DNA of 64,000 bases from Escherichia phage EP02SG. The DNA lies in the sequence record PQ301181; one strand, 5' to 3'. Every line of letters starts with the position of its first letter. Position 1 is the stretch's first letter. Position numbers and translations under genes: made by a program. The notes under the pieces were generated by a model, which worked only from the letters and a program-made list of their open reading frames with translations, was not told the DNA's origin and searched no databases. This document shows positions 1-10,832 of the stretch, in pieces.

Positions 1-5
1 TCAGT

Positions 6-21
6 GGGAGCCGAAGCTCCC
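6..21 (-). terminator. stem-loop GGGAGC-UUCG-GCUCCC (terminator / RNA-stability hairpin)
   Basis: Perfect 6-bp GC stem with tetraloop just downstream of ORF 29..394. Confidence 0.5.
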
Positions 22-28
22 AATTAAT

Positions 29-394
29 TTAGATATCAAATTCGTTAAGAACTACATCAAAGATTGCTTCGAGATGTTCAGGTTTAGCTCGGTTACTCAG
101 GATATGACGAATCCAAGTTTTAACCAGAAGTTTACGATTAACACCATTCCAGCAAGGATGAGTACCTAAATCACGCTGACGGAAATCATCATCTAATGCA
201 ATTTTAAAATTTGAACCTTCCATCGTGATTGAAACCGTGATACCATTTTCAAATCGCATATAAACGTAATTAGGAGTCATGCACTGTTCGATTTCACAAA
301 CTGTACCGTTTTCGTGTTTCCATAAGCAAATAACTTCAGAAGAACCAGCAATACCGTTAGAAACATATTTACGTTCGAAGTTGGTGTAGTTCAT
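29..394 (-). CDS. hypothetical protein (121 aa), paralog of ORF 469..837
   Basis: ORF track; shares CMTP-containing motif and size with neighbour; early-promoter-like element at 434-464 upstream, hairpin at 6-21 downstream. Confidence 0.55.
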   Translation of the reverse strand: MNYTNFERKYVSNGIAGSSEVICLWKHENGTVCEIEQCMTPNYVYMRFENGITVSITMEGSNFKIALDDDFRQRDLGTHPCWNGVNRKLLVKTWIRHILSNRAKPEHLEAIFDVVLNEFDI

Positions 395-433
395 TTTATT
401 CTCCGGATGTTTAAGTTGTTTGTTGGTACAGGT

Positions 434-464
434 CTATAATAACATAACCTGTACCAAAGTAAAC
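434..464 (-). promoter_or_regulatory. T4-type early promoter (GTTTAC -35, TATTATAG -10)
   Basis: Plus text ctataataa...N...gtaaac immediately upstream of ORF 29..394. Confidence 0.5.
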
Positions 465-468
465 TGTT

Positions 469-837
469 TTATGCAACTTTAATCCAATTGTCTAAATTTA
501 AAACACCTTTGGCTTTCATTTTTTCGATCAGGTTATCTGCTGTAATGCGTCCATTTTGATACCATGTGACATCTTCAGAGTAACCAGTTTCTTCGTCAAC
601 ATATGTTTCTGAGCGAATTTTACCAGTAATAATAGTTTTTAATTCGTATGTGTCACCAGTGAAAAAGTTTGCTAACACAATTTTCCAAGAGAAATCATCA
701 GAAGGACCTTCAGGGGTCATACAACCTACGAACTCAAATTGCTCTTTGTATAACATCCATTGGAATTCTTTAATTTCGATAGCTTTATAACCGTCGTGGT
801 CTTTACATTTGATGTATGAGTTCAGATTGATTTTCAT
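469..837 (-). CDS. hypothetical protein (122 aa), paralog of ORF 29..394
   Basis: ORF track; promoter-like element 877-907 upstream. Confidence 0.55.
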   Translation of the reverse strand: MKINLNSYIKCKDHDGYKAIEIKEFQWMLYKEQFEFVGCMTPEGPSDDFSWKIVLANFFTGDTYELKTIITGKIRSETYVDEETGYSEDVTWYQNGRITADNLIEKMKAKGVLNLDNWIKVA

Positions 838-876
838 TTTATTCTCCGATTGTTTTATTGATTAGGTGGTACAAGT

Positions 877-907
877 CTATAGTAACACATCCTACAGGAG
901 AGTAAAC
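877..907 (-). promoter_or_regulatory. T4-type early promoter
   Basis: ctatagtaa ... gtaaac upstream of ORF 469..837. Confidence 0.5.
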
Positions 908-944
908 ATCTTTTTTAAACTTTTTCTGCCCTAAACGCACAAAA

Positions 945-962
945 GGGAGACCGAAGTCTCCC
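945..962 (-). terminator. stem-loop GGGAGAC-UUCG-GUCUCCC
   Basis: Perfect 7-bp stem, UUCG loop on minus transcript, after small basic ORF. Confidence 0.55.
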
Positions 963-967
963 TAAAA

Positions 968-1147
968 TTATGCAACAACCTTTCCAAAACGAGAAGCATC
1001 ATCTCGAAGAACTGCACGTGCTCTGCGCATGATCTTCTCAACTGTTTGATTAATACGAGAGTTCGACCCACGCTTGTATCCAGCGCGTTTAGAGGTACCA
1101 TCAACTTTCTTTTCAACTGCTTTCTTTGCTTTAGCTTGTTTTGCCAT
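968..1147 (-). CDS. small basic protein (59 aa, MAKQAKAKKAVEKK...), hand-translated
   Basis: ATG at 1145-1147 (minus), stop at 968-970, strongly basic; followed immediately by hairpin 945-962; below ORF-track size cutoff; overlaps track ORF 931..1116 in another frame. Confidence 0.4.
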   Translation of the reverse strand: MAKQAKAKKAVEKKVDGTSKRAGYKRGSNSRINQTVEKIMRRARAVLRDDASRFGKVVA

Positions 1148-1415
1148 TATAAATTCTCTTTAAATGAAAATGCAGGACTTATTGACATTGCCTGCGCAAG
1201 CCCTCAAGGGGAACATAGGTTTTGGATATTTAACGACAGGATAACCATAAACCCGTCATCATACCAACCACGACTTAAACAGATAACCCTTTTCTGACGC
1301 GTGATAGTACAAAATACATTCAAGAGGTACACCGTAAAATTGACGGGGCTGTACTTCTAAAACATACCGATTCGCAAATCGATAATCAGACAATTCGACG
1401 GCTCCTCGATTTAGC

Positions 1416-1664
1416 TTACTTCAGGGTAATAATAAAATGACGTACTGCTTTACGTGCGGCAGAAGCCAGAGGCTTAGCATATTTCAATTCATCTTTCTGG
1501 ACCAGGATATCGCGAAGATCGGCTTGTGCCGGATTCAGATGTTTGAAATACTGTAAGATTTCGAGGGCTTCGGCTTCGACATCAATAGATGCACCGTAAT
1601 TTTCGTGGCCATTATTCCATGCATGGCGTTGCAGTTCAAGAGCGTGTTGTAATTGTTTAATCAT
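1416..1664 (-). CDS. rIII: rIII lysis-inhibition accessory protein
   Basis: 82 aa, near-identical to recalled T4 rIII (MIKQLQHALELQR...KAVRHF..TLK). Confidence 0.85.
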   Translation of the reverse strand: MIKQLQHALELQRHAWNNGHENYGASIDVEAEALEILQYFKHLNPAQADLRDILVQKDELKYAKPLASAARKAVRHFIITLK

Positions 1665-1788
1665 TTTAAATTCTCAATTCGAGATAATATTTAGTAGCCA
1701 CGTTCGTCTGAATTTCACCTTCTTTCGACAGGTCTCTCAGTTGTAGGCTACCGCTTAGAAGAGTGTTCTCTTCATATAGTTATTTATA

Positions 1789-2121
1789 TCACTTATAAAG
1801 ACACGGAATAGCTTTATAGTGGCATGTTACGAATTTCTGTTTAATTTCTTTAGGTTGTTTAAGTCCCAAAGCCACAAATGGATGTGGAACATTTCGAATT
1901 TGTCCAACTGGTAGTGAAGTCAAATCACCGACTTCAACAAAACCTTCAGGAACATCAGGACCTACAGAATGAACTACACATAGTTCAGGAACTTCACCTT
2001 GAACACGTTTACCAATCACAAGTCCTGATTCTGTAACTTCTTCATCACCTGCTTGAGCGGGTTCAGAAACCAGAATGACATATTCACCAACAGCACGAAT
2101 TGGGAGTTGTACTTCAGACAT
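1789..2121 (-). CDS. 31: gp31 co-chaperonin (GroES-like)
   Basis: 110 aa, near-identical to recalled T4 gp31 ([29 protein letters not shown]...). Confidence 0.9.
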   Translation of the reverse strand: MSEVQLPIRAVGEYVILVSEPAQAGDEEVTESGLVIGKRVQGEVPELCVVHSVGPDVPEGFVEVGDLTSLPVGQIRNVPHPFVALGLKQPKEIKQKFVTCHYKAIPCLYK

Positions 2122-2178
2122 CTTATTTCCTTGTTGTTTGACGATAGATTAATAATACCATACTATTCGTAAAGCATA

Positions 2179-2487
2179 TTACATAAGAAGCAAACGTTCC
2201 ACCGGAGTACCATCAACCGAAATTACTTTATCAAGGCGGAAAGAACGCCACTGGCCTAACTTGGTATCGAATGCTCGAACTGATTCACGAGGTTCATAAC
2301 GAACTTCTGTTGCCGGATTGTTATTTTCATATTTGACTTCAAGTTCATCGCGCGAAGCAAACATAGTGCGTACCTCGCCGTTAGCCTTTTCAAATACAAC
2401 ACAATGAACGCCTACAGACAGAATAGTTTTAATACGTTCACGAAGAACCATAGTTTCTTGTTCAGTTAAAATCATATTATTCACCAC
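2179..2487 (-). CDS. hypothetical protein (31.1-like position)
   Basis: ORF track, 102 aa, compact spacing between gene 31 and cd. Confidence 0.55.
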   Translation of the reverse strand: MVNNMILTEQETMVLRERIKTILSVGVHCVVFEKANGEVRTMFASRDELEVKYENNNPATEVRYEPRESVRAFDTKLGQWRSFRLDKVISVDGTPVERLLLM

Positions 2488-3058
2488 AAAAGTTTCGGAT
2501 TTGTTCCCAATTCAGAGAACGAAGATTATTACGAGAGTACTGAATTACTTCAATACCGGCTTGTTTTAGAATGTCTGCCCAATTTTCAGGAGATCGATCG
2601 TATAATTCTGCGTATACAACCTTTTTAATACCTGACTGCGTAATAGCTTTAGTGCAATCAGGACATGGAGAAAGCGTAGTATATAACGTAGCACCTTCAA
2701 TAGAATTACCTTTACGAGCTGCAAACAAAATTGCATTCAATTCTGCATGGATTTCATTATTAGCAGACCATGCACTATGAGCGGCCCGATGTTCTTTAGC
2801 CAAAACAAAATTATCTGCCCGTCCAAATGCTGTAGTGCCTTCTTTATGTCCAGCAACGATGACCGGGCTTGGTTTATTCTTCAACCAACCATTTTCGGAT
2901 GCATGTTCACAGCAGTTAACGCCACCTGCGGGTGAGCCATTATATCCAGTAGAGATAATGCGTCCATCTTTTTCAATGACGGCACCAACTTTCCATGAAC
3001 AACATTTTGATTCTTGAGAAATCAAATAAGCAATTTGAAGATATGTGCTAGCTTTCAT
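2477..3058 (-). CDS. cd: dCMP deaminase
   Basis: 193 aa (same as T4 Cd); cytidine/dCMP deaminase zinc motifs HAELNAI and SPCPDC. Confidence 0.9.
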   Translation of the reverse strand: MKASTYLQIAYLISQESKCCSWKVGAVIEKDGRIISTGYNGSPAGGVNCCEHASENGWLKNKPSPVIVAGHKEGTTAFGRADNFVLAKEHRAAHSAWSANNEIHAELNAILFAARKGNSIEGATLYTTLSPCPDCTKAITQSGIKKVVYAELYDRSPENWADILKQAGIEVIQYSRNNLRSLNWEQIRNFCGE

Positions 3059-4050
3059 TATTGAACCTTATTAATATAAGTTAACAGCTCTTTAGTTTGT
3101 TCCCAACTGATGCACGCATCGGTAACGGAAACGCCATAGGACATATTATCAGAAATTTTTTGATTTCCTTCATGTAGGAATGATTCTATCATAATTCCTT
3201 TGACTAAATCATTAGCTGCTAAATTTTTACCAATACCAATTTGATTGCTATAATACCCATCAGCGTTTGCATGGCTACAGTCAACCATTACATAATGATT
3301 CAGACCTAATGCACTTGCTTTGTTAGAAGCTTCTTGAATATCAGAAGAATGATAGTTCGGGCCGTTAGTCCCGCCACGCAATACGATATGCGTATTCTGA
3401 TTACCTTCAGCTTCAACAATGCCTACAGTACCATCGACGTCCATACCCATATACCGATGAGGCCAGGCGGCACTATACATCGCGTCTGTAGCTACTTTAA
3501 TAGAACCATTGGTTGCGTTCTTGAAGCCTACGCACATCGGTAGACCTGAAGCAATTTCACGATGTGTCTGACTTTCAGTCGTACGGGCGCCAATAGCAAC
3601 CCATGAGAAAATACCAGAAAGATACTTAATCGTGAATGGGTCTAATACTTCAGTTGCTAATGGAAGTCCCATACGTAGAAGTTTACGACACAATGTTCGT
3701 GCAACTATAAGACCGTGGTTCATATCAAAACTTCCGTCAAGATATGGATCATTTACAAGACCTTTCCAACCTACGGTAGTTCGAGGCTTTTCAAAATAAA
3801 CGCGCATCACTAACAGAACATTAGGAAGACGAGTTTGAAGTTCAGCCAGACGTTTGCCGTATTCAACAGCAGCAATAGGGTCATGAATTGAACAAGGACC
3901 TACAACAATAAGTTTGCGTGGGTCTTCACCGTTCATAATCGAATTAACTTGTTCGCGATGAGAAGCCACTTGTGATGCGTAAGCTTCCGACAAAGGAATA
4001 ATCTCAGCCAGTTCTTTTGGAGAAATAAGTTTTCTGATGACAGGTAACAT
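3058..4050 (-). CDS. 3-deoxy-D-arabino-heptulosonate-7-phosphate (DAHP) synthase, class I (AroG/AroF/AroH-like)
   Basis: 330 aa; long colinear matches to recalled E. coli AroG: GPCSIHDP, MRVYFEKPRTTVGWKGLVNDP, GARTTESQ, HIVLRGG, DCSHANA, ESFLHEGNQ; stop overlaps cd start. Confidence 0.85.
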   Translation of the reverse strand: MLPVIRKLISPKELAEIIPLSEAYASQVASHREQVNSIMNGEDPRKLIVVGPCSIHDPIAAVEYGKRLAELQTRLPNVLLVMRVYFEKPRTTVGWKGLVNDPYLDGSFDMNHGLIVARTLCRKLLRMGLPLATEVLDPFTIKYLSGIFSWVAIGARTTESQTHREIASGLPMCVGFKNATNGSIKVATDAMYSAAWPHRYMGMDVDGTVGIVEAEGNQNTHIVLRGGTNGPNYHSSDIQEASNKASALGLNHYVMVDCSHANADGYYSNQIGIGKNLAANDLVKGIMIESFLHEGNQKISDNMSYGVSVTDACISWEQTKELLTYINKVQ

Positions 4051-4170
4051 AACAATCCTTAGGAGATATAAACAGATTCTGATTCAACAATACCTTTAAC
4101 CGGATTAGACAGGCTAAGTTGGTAGTGCTCAGATTTATGACCATTCACGATAGTAATGAGATAGCTCTCA

Positions 4171-4407
4171 TTATAGTGTTCCATATACTCGAGTTGCTTC
4201 AACAAGACCATCACTGCCTAATTTAAGATTAGTAATTTGGTCACCATCTTTAGGATTAACGATTATGAGAAAAGAACGTGGAGATTCTTGAATAACTCGT
4301 AATGTTGCATCTTGGAAACGTTCAGACACTTTATTGATGAGTGCTTGAGCAAATTCTTTTACTTTAATCTGAAATTCGTGTACTGTAATTGGGTTTTCAC
4401 TTAGCAT
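4171..4407 (-). CDS. hypothetical protein (78 aa)
   Basis: ORF track; promoter-like element 4431-4462 upstream. Confidence 0.5.
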   Translation of the reverse strand: MLSENPITVHEFQIKVKEFAQALINKVSERFQDATLRVIQESPRSFLIIVNPKDGDQITNLKLGSDGLVEATRVYGTL

Positions 4408-4430
4408 TTCTATTTCCTCATTTGTTGGTA

Positions 4431-4462
4431 GAGTTATAGTATCACAACTCCACCATGTTGTA
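4431..4462 (-). promoter_or_regulatory. T4-type early promoter
   Basis: ttatagta ... tgtaaac upstream of ORF 4171..4407. Confidence 0.5.
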
Positions 4463-4467
4463 AACCA

Positions 4468-4743
4468 TTAAATTGCTTTGCATTCAATTTTTTGTGTACC
4501 GAAATTGATATCACATTGGATAACTAAATCGCCGTCAAGATCAAATACCACTATGACGTGTGCAGACCCAGGGAGAAGAGTAATAGCAATAGAATCTACT
4601 TGGTCTGGGAGCAAAGCATTGAGTACATGAGTTAGTTGAGCATGAACTCTGAGTTCGGCTGCATTATCAAGCACTTCAAACATATTATTAGCAATAATCT
4701 GACTGAAGACTACCTTTACAATTTCAGAATAAGTTGGGAACAT
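4468..4743 (-). CDS. hypothetical protein (91 aa)
   Basis: ORF track, compact minus-strand array. Confidence 0.5.
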   Translation of the reverse strand: MFPTYSEIVKVVFSQIIANNMFEVLDNAAELRVHAQLTHVLNALLPDQVDSIAITLLPGSAHVIVVFDLDGDLVIQCDINFGTQKIECKAI

Positions 4744-4750
4744 AATTACC

Positions 4751-4975
4751 TCAGTGTACAGTATTTACTTTAACTCGAACAACAAATCGCTCGGTTGGTT
4801 CACCTACAGGAACAAACTCTACATGATATTCACCTTTGTAACGAGTATTCAGGTCGTTACGAATTTCGGTAAGCTTGTTGATTAATGTAGAACTCATATT
4901 AAGTCCCACTAGTTTACGAAGCATTTTGTATGCTTCATCTTCGATTTCATGATGTTTATCGTACATAGTTTTCAT
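4751..4975 (-). CDS. hypothetical protein (74 aa)
   Basis: ORF track. Confidence 0.5.
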   Translation of the reverse strand: MKTMYDKHHEIEDEAYKMLRKLVGLNMSSTLINKLTEIRNDLNTRYKGEYHVEFVPVGEPTERFVVRVKVNTVH

Positions 4976-5146
4976 TTAACCATTCAATTGCCTGGTCGAC
5001 GTTATCAAATATACCGCCGTCCAACCATTCTTCATGTTCATAGTCCAGCACATCAATACCGAACCGTCCATTTACTAAAGGCCATACTACAAACAAATAT
5101 TCTTTATGCTGTTCGATGGCCTCAATCACTTCATATAATCGTTTCA

Positions 5147-5147
<1 letters not shown>
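4956..5147 (-). CDS. hypothetical protein (63 aa)
   Basis: ORF track; abuts pseT stop. Confidence 0.45.
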
Positions 5148-6233
<1,086 letters not shown>

Positions 6234-6234
<1 letters not shown>

Positions 6235-6533
6235 TATTTTATTCCTAAGAAAATTTCAAGAATACGAATGTTATGCTCGCGCCGGTCTTTATTAATTTCA
6301 GCAACGTTTTTATTAATTGACGTACTTCTAACGTTTGAAGAAATAAATTTAATCATATGACTTTTGAGTTGTTGCAAATCCAACCCTTTTTCTTTAGCAG
6401 CTTTACGAAGAGCTTTACCTGCTTCATCTAGTGCCTTTGCTGCATCTTTGTCATAATTGCCGAGTGACATTCCACGACAGATATCAATATACTCATCAGA
6501 CCGTTTGATGTAATTCTCTAGTAATGTTTTCAT
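6234..6533 (-). CDS. hypothetical protein (99 aa)
   Basis: ORF track; promoter-like element 6561-6591 upstream. Confidence 0.5.
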
Positions 6534-6560
6534 TTAGATTTCCTCAATTATCCATAGGAG

Positions 6561-6591
6561 CATTATACTCTGCTCCCGAGAGTTTGTAAAC
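6561..6591 (-). promoter_or_regulatory. T4-type early promoter
   Basis: cattatact ... tgtaaac; near-identical copy at 35634-35664. Confidence 0.5.
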
Positions 6592-6815
6592 TATTTTACT
6601 AAAGATTCAATATACTCATGAAGAGCTTTAGTAGCTACTGCCCACTTATTCTGATATTCATTTTTCAGATTAGCACGAGACTGAACTAACAAGCGGTCAT
6701 TAGTCGGAGGCAAAGATTCTAATCGTTGAATCTGTCGCCCGTAAATCATGGCCGCCATTTCAGATTCATAGATAAGCCCTTTAATGTATTCATGCTGTTC
6801 TTTAGTCATTGGCAT
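6591..6815 (-). CDS. hypothetical protein (74 aa)
   Basis: ORF track. Confidence 0.5.
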   Translation of the reverse strand: MPMTKEQHEYIKGLIYESEMAAMIYGRQIQRLESLPPTNDRLLVQSRANLKNEYQNKWAVATKALHEYIESLVK

Positions 6816-7096
6816 TTTTCCTCTTTTAAACCACTACGATAATAACATAACATAGTCTTCTGGTCATGTACATATCTTTTTACGTCGTTTAACCAGATAC
6901 GAAATTCTTGAGAGTCTTCAAACGGCATTCCAACCCATGGATTACCATCAATAACCTTTACTTGCCATTTCTGGTTATATTCAACAATAGATTCTGGCCA
7001 TGGCGGATGTAAAGTTTCTTTAGGGCTTAAGGGCACATCCTGGGCACATCCGGCTAAAATGCCAATAGATAATACAACTGCAGTTAATTTAATCAT
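6806..7096 (-). CDS. putative lipoprotein (96 aa)
   Basis: N-terminal signal peptide with lipobox-like LAGC. Confidence 0.5.
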   Translation of the reverse strand: MIKLTAVVLSIGILAGCAQDVPLSPKETLHPPWPESIVEYNQKWQVKVIDGNPWVGMPFEDSQEFRIWLNDVKRYVHDQKTMLCYYRSGLKEEKCQ

Positions 7097-7449
7097 TCTG
7101 AGAGCTTCCTGAGGTCTTCTGCAAAGGAATCAAAGGACCTGTTGATTTGTTTTTCGACCAATCCTGGCTTACTTGCCACCACGTTCTTCTTCTTCGAATC
7201 CTTACGGAGCTTTTCATTTTCAGCCTTAAGTTTGTCAACTAAAACACGGTTCTTATAAGTCATTTCTTCGATTGACTGATATTGAACCTTGAAGTCGTCT
7301 AATACTTTAGCATTGTTTTTAGCGGTCTCTTTGACAGAAGCTAATTCAGTATTCAACGAATCAACTTTGTTGTTTAAGACAACTATTGTTACCGTAGAAA
7401 CTAGAGCAAAAGCTGCTACTATAGCATAAATCGGATTTACTTTAAGCAT
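7093..7449 (-). CDS. membrane-anchored coiled-coil protein (118 aa)
   Basis: N-terminal hydrophobic helix then charged coiled-coil-like region. Confidence 0.5.
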   Translation of the reverse strand: MLKVNPIYAIVAAFALVSTVTIVVLNNKVDSLNTELASVKETAKNNAKVLDDFKVQYQSIEEMTYKNRVLVDKLKAENEKLRKDSKKKNVVASKPGLVEKQINRSFDSFAEDLRKLSE

Positions 7450-7937
7450 GTTTTAATAATCTCGATGATTTCATCTCGGGATAATCCATTGATAAGAACG
7501 GTTTTCGGACCATCACACTGGATTTTGTACGATTCAAACAATACACACAACTCTTCTGCTGTATGATACGGACTTGAGATTCCGAGACGGTTGAATTTGT
7601 CGGTAAGAGGGTCGCAAATAATGTAGAATTTTATACCTGCGATATGTACGTTTGGTTGACTAATATTAATGAACACATTAGCGTCATATTTAGTCAAATT
7701 GTTTTGAAGAAATTCTACCATGGCATTAACTGCTTCTGGCATCGCTTCACGTTTCTCTTCGGTGTAACGTGTTGAATATTCCTTTTGCTTTAACTTCTTT
7801 TTAGCATTTTTCGCTAGAGTAGTACGAAGGTCCGTAAGATAACCAACTGCACGGCCTTTCTTAAAGACCCGGATTCCATCTGTAGAATCACCAAATGCTG
7901 CCACAACCATATCGTTAGTAATCAATTGCATATTCAT
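7437..7937 (-). CDS. alc: Alc-like protein (host transcription shutoff), about 166 aa
   Basis: Position between pseT-side ORFs and rnlA as in T4; start placed at internal ATG 7935-7937 with GAGGAGAAA Shine-Dalgarno because track extension (to 8000) runs through promoter 7966-7997; size matches T4 Alc; no sequence recall, so tentative. Confidence 0.45.
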   Translation of the reverse strand: MNMQLITNDMVVAAFGDSTDGIRVFKKGRAVGYLTDLRTTLAKNAKKKLKQKEYSTRYTEEKREAMPEAVNAMVEFLQNNLTKYDANVFINISQPNVHIAGIKFYIICDPLTDKFNRLGISSPYHTAEELCVLFESYKIQCDGPKTVLINGLSRDEIIEIIKTCLK

Positions 7938-7965
7938 AATTTTCTCCTCGCGATGTTGATAAAAA

Positions 7966-7997
7966 CCATAGTAACACCTTCCTTGGTGTTTGTAAAC
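7966..7997 (-). promoter_or_regulatory. T4-type early promoter
   Basis: ccatagtaa ... tgtaaac upstream of alc-like start. Confidence 0.5.
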
Positions 7998-7999
7998 CA

Positions 8000-9133
<1,134 letters not shown>

Positions 9134-9150
9134 TCAGTTAGTTTTTTTTT

Positions 9151-9182
9151 AAATTATACCACAATCCTTGTGGCATGTAAAC
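9151..9182 (-). promoter_or_regulatory. T4-type early promoter upstream of rnlA
   Basis: aattatacc ... tgtaaac. Confidence 0.45.
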
Positions 9183-9592
9183 TACTTTTTCTTATGTTGG
9201 ATATTCCAAGGCGGGTTGAACTTTTTGATAAAAAGCGGTTCTTCAAGGTCCATTGTTGCGATGGTCATTGAACCAAGTTCGTTGGTGACTGAAAGGTCAA
9301 AACATTGGCGGGCCCAGAATTCAACCTTTTTGCCTTGCATTAAGGCATCCAAAATCATAAGTGATTTTCTTGAATCTGAAGTCTGGTCTTTTCGATTTAT
9401 GGCTGTTCGATAATAGTTAATGCGTTTCTTTAAATTCTTGGTTTTACCAATATACACAAGTTCGTCATCTATAGCAATAGCATATATGACATTTTTCTTA
9501 TTAGGGACATCAACTGTTTTAATTGTTGCATCTTCTAATAGCTCCAATTCTGTATATTTAATAAAGGAATATTCGGCGGCAATATCTTTCAT
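9182..9592 (-). CDS. denA: endonuclease II (GIY-YIG family)
   Basis: 136 aa as in T4 DenA; GIY-YIG-like YIGKTKNLKKRINYY. Confidence 0.8.
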   Translation of the reverse strand: MKDIAAEYSFIKYTELELLEDATIKTVDVPNKKNVIYAIAIDDELVYIGKTKNLKKRINYYRTAINRKDQTSDSRKSLMILDALMQGKKVEFWARQCFDLSVTNELGSMTIATMDLEEPLFIKKFNPPWNIQHKKK

Positions 9593-9600
9593 AATAAAGT

Positions 9601-9614
9601 GGGACCGAAGTCCC
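9601..9614 (-). terminator. stem-loop GGGAC-UUCG-GUCCC after nrdB
   Basis: Between nrdB stop and denA start. Confidence 0.45.
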
Positions 9615-9618
9615 GTCC

Positions 9619-10797
9619 TTAGAAATATTTTTTGTATGAATTGATTACATTTTGGTCTACATCATTATCAATTTGTGCGACAAGATAAGAACTGATTTCA
9701 ACTTCCTGAGGAGCTGCTTGAACTAAATCAGAGTTCAGATATTCACGAATCCAAGGATACGGATGCTTGGTCGGGGCATCGGTGATTGGGCATGGCAAAC
9801 CACACTGTTTCATACGAGACACAGTCAAGTAATCAACAAAAGCACACATACTCTGCGTATTGATACCTGGACATGTACCATCTTTAAAGAGGTGTGCAGC
9901 CCATTCCTTCTCTTGACTATTTACTTCCATAAAAATGTCAACTGCTTCTTGTTCACATTCTTTAGCAATTTGAACCCACTCATCACCATCAGTACCAGAT
10001 TGAAGTTGACGGATAATGTACTGAGTACCCTTGAGGTGGAGTTGTTCGTCACGAGCAATGAACTTCATAATCTTTGCATTACCTTCCATAATTTCCATAT
10101 TTTTGTGGAAGTTAAAGGTACATGCGAAAGATACGTAAAAACGAATAGCTTCCAAGGCGTTAATTACATGAAGGCAAAGATAAAGAGATTTCATTAGCTC
10201 ACGCTTCCAATATGTCTCATGCTCAATAGCATCTTCAATAACGTCTTCGTCTGCATTAATTTCTTTTTGGTATTCGATATCAGCTTTAGCGTTTTCCCAA
10301 TAACGAGTTTTAACCAGAACATCATCGTAATATTTACCTATTGATTCAGCTCGTTTCATGATTGCTTCGTCTAATACAATTTCATCAAATACCTTAGATG
10401 GATCAGTATAAAGATTTCGCATAATATGAGTATACGAACGAGAGTGAATAGTTTCACTGAATGTCCATGTTGCAACCCATGTATCTAATGAAGGGTCGGA
10501 AATCAGTGCCATAAGTACCGCAGATGGGGCCCTGCCTTGGATAGAATCTAATAATGATTGATACTTAAGATTGTTTGTAAAGATGTCCTGTTGGAACTGA
10601 GGAAGCTTATTGAACTGCGCAGAGTCCAACATCAAGTTTACCTCTTCTGGGCGCCAGAAAAATGATAATTGCTTTTCGGTCAAATCTTCAAAAACTTTAT
10701 GGCGTTGAATATCATAACGCGCAATACCAAGACCAGAACCAAAGAACATCGGTTCATTCAAAACATCGACTTGTTGTGTGTTAAAAACTGTAGACAT
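9619..10797 (-). CDS. nrdB: ribonucleotide reductase small subunit
   Basis: 392 aa continuous ORF (no intron), ferritin-like R2 fold, T4 gene order. Confidence 0.9.
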   Translation of the reverse strand: MSTVFNTQQVDVLNEPMFFGSGLGIARYDIQRHKVFEDLTEKQLSFFWRPEEVNLMLDSAQFNKLPQFQQDIFTNNLKYQSLLDSIQGRAPSAVLMALISDPSLDTWVATWTFSETIHSRSYTHIMRNLYTDPSKVFDEIVLDEAIMKRAESIGKYYDDVLVKTRYWENAKADIEYQKEINADEDVIEDAIEHETYWKRELMKSLYLCLHVINALEAIRFYVSFACTFNFHKNMEIMEGNAKIMKFIARDEQLHLKGTQYIIRQLQSGTDGDEWVQIAKECEQEAVDIFMEVNSQEKEWAAHLFKDGTCPGINTQSMCAFVDYLTVSRMKQCGLPCPITDAPTKHPYPWIREYLNSDLVQAAPQEVEISSYLVAQIDNDVDQNVINSYKKYF

Positions 10798-10832
10798 ATT
10801 ATTCTCGCTTATTATAGGTTTAAATTATTTAA

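Noticed and set aside
931-1116. Track ORF 931..1116 (61 aa, MKRKLMVPLN...)
   Set aside because: Overlaps in another frame the hand-translated 59-aa basic ORF 968..1147, whose stop lies directly before a terminator hairpin; this is a judgement call and could be wrong.
1046-1297. Plus-strand ORF-track entries inside the minus-strand early blocks (for example 1046..1297, 2571..2780, 5825..6295, 8538..9062, 9763..10197, 17107..17616, 36658..37026, 56067..56342)
   Set aside because: They overlap well-supported minus-strand genes antisense, have no ribosome-binding site or promoter context and unusual composition; treated as shadow ORFs.
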